64,000 nucleotides of DNA from an uncultured Acidobacteriota bacterium (GTDB lineage: Bacteria > Acidobacteriota > Thermoanaerobaculia > Multivoradales > SZUA-115), in the NCBI GenBank assembly GCA_963805975.1, contig CAWDVR010000004.1, positions 128,001 through 192,000 of the forward strand, written 5' to 3'. The notes beneath the pieces were generated by a model. It was given only the letters and a program-made list of their open reading frames with translations. It was not told the origin of the DNA and did no database searches. Shown here piece by piece: positions 59,419 through 64,000 of this stretch. Every line of letters begins with the position of its first letter. Position 1 is the stretch's first letter. The position numbers and the translations under genes were made by a program.

Positions 59419-59874
59419 CTAAGGCGCGGCGGGTTGGGGGGTTTCGAGGCTTTCGATCTCGCCGACCCGGCGCCGGTGGCGGCCTTCCTCGAACGGCGTC
59501 GCCAGGAACTCCAGCGTGATCGCCTCGGCCGCGGGCGCCGCCAGCAGGCGTCCGCCCAGGGTGAGCACGTTGGCGTCGTTGTGGGCGCGCGCCATGTGCG
59601 CGCTCGCCACGTCGTAGCCGTTGACCGCGCGCACGCCGGGGATCTTGTTGGCGGCGATCGCCATGCCGATGCCGGTACCGCACACCAGCAGGCCGCGGTC
59701 CGCCTCGCCGGAGGCCACGGCGCGGCCGACGGCGGCCGCGTAGTTGGGATAGTCGGTGGACTCGGAAGAGTGGGTGCCCAGGTCGGCGACTTCGTGACCG
59801 GCGGCGGTAAGGAAGAAGCGCAAGGCCTCCTTGAGCTCGAAGCCGGCGTGGTCGGCGCCCAAGGCGATTTTCAT
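59419..59874 (-). CDS. rpiB: Ribose-5-phosphate isomerase B
   Basis: [42 protein letters not shown]. Confidence 0.96.
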   Translation of the reverse strand: MKIALGADHAGFELKEALRFFLTAAGHEVADLGTHSSESTDYPNYAAAVGRAVASGEADRGLLVCGTGIGMAIAANKIPGVRAVNGYDVASAHMARAHNDANVLTLGGRLLAAPAAEAITLEFLATPFEEGRHRRRVGEIESLETPQPAAP

Positions 59875-59887
59875 GGAAGCACGATCT

Positions 59888-60238
59888 TCATTCGCCCTTG
59901 GGCCCGCCATCACTCGCGGCCTCTTCGGCGACCTTCTTGATCGCTTTCTTGGCGGCGGGCTTTTTTTCGGCCGGCTTCTTGACCGGCGTCGGGCCCTCGC
60001 CTTCCGCGGTCTTCACCTTCTTGGCCGCGGGCGGCTTGCGCACCGGTGTCGGCGCGCCGGGCGCCGCCACCTCGGCGGCCGCCGGCTCCGGCGCCGACTT
60101 CCCCTTGGTGGCCGGGCGCTTGGAGGCGGTCTTCATCACCGGCTTCGGAGCCTGGTGTGCGGATTCCTGATTGCGCTTCTGCAGGCGCTTGGCGCGCCGC
60201 TGCCGCCGGCGCCTCAGCTCACGGTCCTTCTCTCTCAT
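59888..60238 (-). CDS. Small highly basic Arg-/Lys-Ala-Pro-rich protein
   Basis: RBS GAGGAGAG; MREKDRELRRRRQRRAKR followed by a KKPAAKK-type tail. Confidence 0.7.
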   Translation of the reverse strand: MREKDRELRRRRQRRAKRLQKRNQESAHQAPKPVMKTASKRPATKGKSAPEPAAAEVAAPGAPTPVRKPPAAKKVKTAEGEGPTPVKKPAEKKPAAKKAIKKVAEEAASDGGPKGE

Positions 60239-60361
60239 GCTCTCTCCTCAACATTTCAGGGGCGCGGCGCGGCATCGAGGAATGGCGAGAACCAACCCCT
60301 GCGGTACGTTTCGCCAGCTTGCCGCACGGTGAGGCCGGCTGTCAAGGCGAAAGCGACCGTT

Positions 60362-60889
60362 TCAAGCTCGGGCACCGCCGAGCGCCGCGGCGATCTTCTC
60401 GGTGAGCCGCGCATCCGCCTTCTCGCCCTTCGCCGCCAGCTCGCGCTTGAAGTCGATGACTCTCTCGGCGAGCGCCGGGTCGGCGACGGCGAGGATCTGG
60501 AGCGCCAGGAGCGCGGCGTTGGCGGCGCGGTTGATGCCGACGGTCGCCACCGGCACGCCCGAGGGCATCTGCACGATGGCGAGCAGTGAGTCGAGACCTC
60601 CGAGGTCCTTCGACTGCACGGGCAGACCCACCACCGGCAGATGGGTGAGCGCGGCGACGACGCCCGGCAGGTGCGCGGCGCCGCCGGCGCCGGCGATGAT
60701 CACCTGGAGACCGCGGGCGGCGGCGGTCTTCGCGTACTCGGCCACCGCGTCCGGGCGGCGGTGGGCGGAGAGCACCCGCACCTCGGCCTCGACCTCGAAG
60801 CGCCGGCAGGTCTCGTAGGCCTCCTCTATCACCGGCCAGTCGGAGTCGCTGCCCATCAGGATGCCGATCTTGGGAGTCGTGGCGCTCAT
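60362..60889 (-). CDS. purE: N5-CAIR mutase
   Basis: ILMGSDSD, VLSAHR, AGAGGAAHLPGV, GLDSLLAIVQMPSGVPVAT. Confidence 0.97.
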   Translation of the reverse strand: MSATTPKIGILMGSDSDWPVIEEAYETCRRFEVEAEVRVLSAHRRPDAVAEYAKTAAARGLQVIIAGAGGAAHLPGVVAALTHLPVVGLPVQSKDLGGLDSLLAIVQMPSGVPVATVGINRAANAALLALQILAVADPALAERVIDFKRELAAKGEKADARLTEKIAAALGGARA

Positions 60890-60915
60890 GAGCTCCTTCC
60901 GCAGGAAGACGGTCG

Positions 60916-62508
<1,593 letters not shown>

Positions 62509-62557
62509 GCTCGCCGCGGTTCTCTATCACACAGATCCCCTGTGCGAGAATCCCCGC

Positions 62558-63886
62558 GTGCCTTTCGACGGCTTCGACACGGCCGCCATCGCCCGCGCCC
62601 TCGATCAAATCGCCGATCAGCCCGAAGACCTGGTGGACGCTTACTTCGAGCGTCTGGAGGACATCGAGCTGCCCGCCGGCGACCGGGCGCCCGGCCTCAA
62701 GCTGCGGCGGGAAGAGGGCCTGGCCGTGCGCCTGGTGCGCGGCGGCCGCACCTGGCTCGCGGCGCGCGACGCGATCGAGCCGGGCGCTTTCGCCGAGGCT
62801 TTGCGGCAGGTGGCGCGCGCGCTGCCCATGGCCCCCTACCCGGAGCCGGCGCTGCCGCTCGAGCCGTGGGGCCCGGCCGCCGCGCCGGAGCTCTACGGCT
62901 TTCCGGCGGCGGTCGAGCGCGAGGTGCGCCGCCGCCATGCCGCCTTCCCGGTGCGCCTCTCGGTCAAGCGCCACCGGCGCTCGGTGCAGGTGGTGGGGCC
63001 AAGGCTCTCGGCGGGCCTCGAGAACGAGGTCTTCTACAGCCTGGTGGCCGAGCTCGATTGGCAGGGCCGGGCGGGCGGCGGGCACTTCGGCGCCCTGCTG
63101 CCGGCGCTCACGGCGCGCGAGGCCGGGGAGGTGGCCGCCGCCCTGGTGGGCCGCTTCCGGGCCCGCCAGGCGCCGCCGCCGGCCCCCGGCCACCTCGCTG
63201 CCGTGCTGGCGCCGGCGGCGGCGGCGGTCCTCCTGCACGAGGCGGTGGCGCATGCGCTCGAGACCGACCTTTTGGCGCTCTCGGGCAACCCGGAGTCGGC
63301 GGTCGGGGTGACGCTCGGCTCCGCGGAGCTCAACGTCCTCGACGACCCCGGCAACGCGCCGGGCAAGACCCGGCGCCGGACCGACGACGAGGGCTCCCCC
63401 GTCTGCCGGCGCTGGCTGCTGCGCGGTGGTGTCGTCGAGCAGCCGCTCGCCGACTCGCTGGCGGCTCGCTCCTCCACTGTGCTGGCGCCGGGCGCGGCGC
63501 GGCGGGGCAGCCGCCATCTGCCGCCGGGCCCGCGCTCGACCCATCTCGAGCTCCTGGCCGGCGGCGCCACGGAGGAGGACCTGCTCGCCGGCGCCGAGGG
63601 CGGCCTCTTCGTGCCCGAGGCGTCCCGGGGCAAGCTCGACCCGCTCTCCGGCCGCTTCACCCTGTGGATCCCGCACGCCCGCCGGGTGCGCGGCGGCGTG
63701 GTGGCCGACGCCGTCGGCCCTTTCCGCCTGCGCGGCTCGGTGGCGGATCTCCTCTCCGCGGTTCGCGGCGTGGGGCGCCTCTCGGCCGCGGCCGGCGCCG
63801 GCTGGTGCGCCAAGGGCGGGCAGACCCTACCCGTCTGGGCGACCACCCCGAGCCTCTGGCTCGAGGGCGCCGAGGTCAGCCCGTGA
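62558..63886 (+). CDS. tldD: TldD-family metalloprotease
   Basis: LLHEAVAHALE.D, DDEG, and C-terminal GWCAKGGQ.LPV. The GTG start at 62558 is preferred. Confidence 0.85.
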   Translation: MPFDGFDTAAIARALDQIADQPEDLVDAYFERLEDIELPAGDRAPGLKLRREEGLAVRLVRGGRTWLAARDAIEPGAFAEALRQVARALPMAPYPEPALPLEPWGPAAAPELYGFPAAVEREVRRRHAAFPVRLSVKRHRRSVQVVGPRLSAGLENEVFYSLVAELDWQGRAGGGHFGALLPALTAREAGEVAAALVGRFRARQAPPPAPGHLAAVLAPAAAAVLLHEAVAHALETDLLALSGNPESAVGVTLGSAELNVLDDPGNAPGKTRRRTDDEGSPVCRRWLLRGGVVEQPLADSLAARSSTVLAPGAARRGSRHLPPGPRSTHLELLAGGATEEDLLAGAEGGLFVPEASRGKLDPLSGRFTLWIPHARRVRGGVVADAVGPFRLRGSVADLLSAVRGVGRLSAAAGAGWCAKGGQTLPVWATTPSLWLEGAEVSP

Positions 63887-64000
63887 AGGGCGGCGCGGCA
63901 GGGGGCAGGACCGGGGTGGGTAGGACGGGGGTGGGCGAGGTGCTGGCCGCGCTCTCGGCGCAGGGCCTCGGCGAGGTGGAGGTCTTCGCCAAGACGGCGC
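63883..64000 (+). CDS. 5' fragment of a probable PmbA/TldE partner; runs off the window
   Basis: The GTG start overlaps the tldD stop; ...VLAALSAQGLGEVEVFAKT resembles TldD/PmbA N-termini. Confidence 0.5.
   Translation, partial: MKGGAAGGRTGVGRTGVGEVLAALSAQGLGEVEVFAKTA

Noticed and set aside
62558-64000. TldD/E as a marker of a RiPP biosynthetic cluster
   Set aside because: No precursor peptide, YcaO or other modification enzymes lie nearby in the window. The context is housekeeping.

Overview
A very GC-rich (about 70% in spot-checked lines) bacterial chromosome segment made mostly of core genes. The gene content and protein styles suggest Acidobacteriota, probably Thermoanaerobaculia (inference). 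In order: tRNA-Ile2(CAT); rpsU-mutS2-dnaG-rpoD-tRNA-Asn; secreted hydrolases; pckA-uvrD/pcrA; a roughly 4 kb accessory islet at the uvrD 3' end; glycosyltransferases; truA-cdsA-rseP-PASTA-rpe-bamD-cpoB-LysM; SLT, tatA, rlmN, pgeF, ftsEX, OmpA, DUF4388, ruvC; a pseudo-receiver/Ser-Thr kinase/TonB fusion; accD-folC-nth; an Xre-RES toxin-antitoxin (TA) pair; glyA, rpiB, purE, pccB, tldD. The islet holds a PLP decarboxylase, a second diverged copy of the uvrD 3' end, a low-GC DUF6338-like membrane gene coupled to a Pro/Lys-rich peptide, and a VapBC45-type TA pair. I saw no CRISPR array, rRNA, transposase or integrase. Four genes carry frameshifts, mostly single extra bases, that are most likely assembly errors. 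The best candidates for new biology are: (1) a SprT-like protease with an N-terminal QLELF beta-clamp motif, a possible bacterial Spartan analogue; (2) the DUF6338 (TM + Sm-like) plus peptide pair inside the uvrD-anchored islet; (3) the duplicated uvrD tail itself; (4) a large protein ending in a RomX-like domain; (5) the pseudo-REC-kinase-TonB fusion; (6) a sigma-region-2-only mini protein. All family assignments come from motif recognition by eye; no searches were run.
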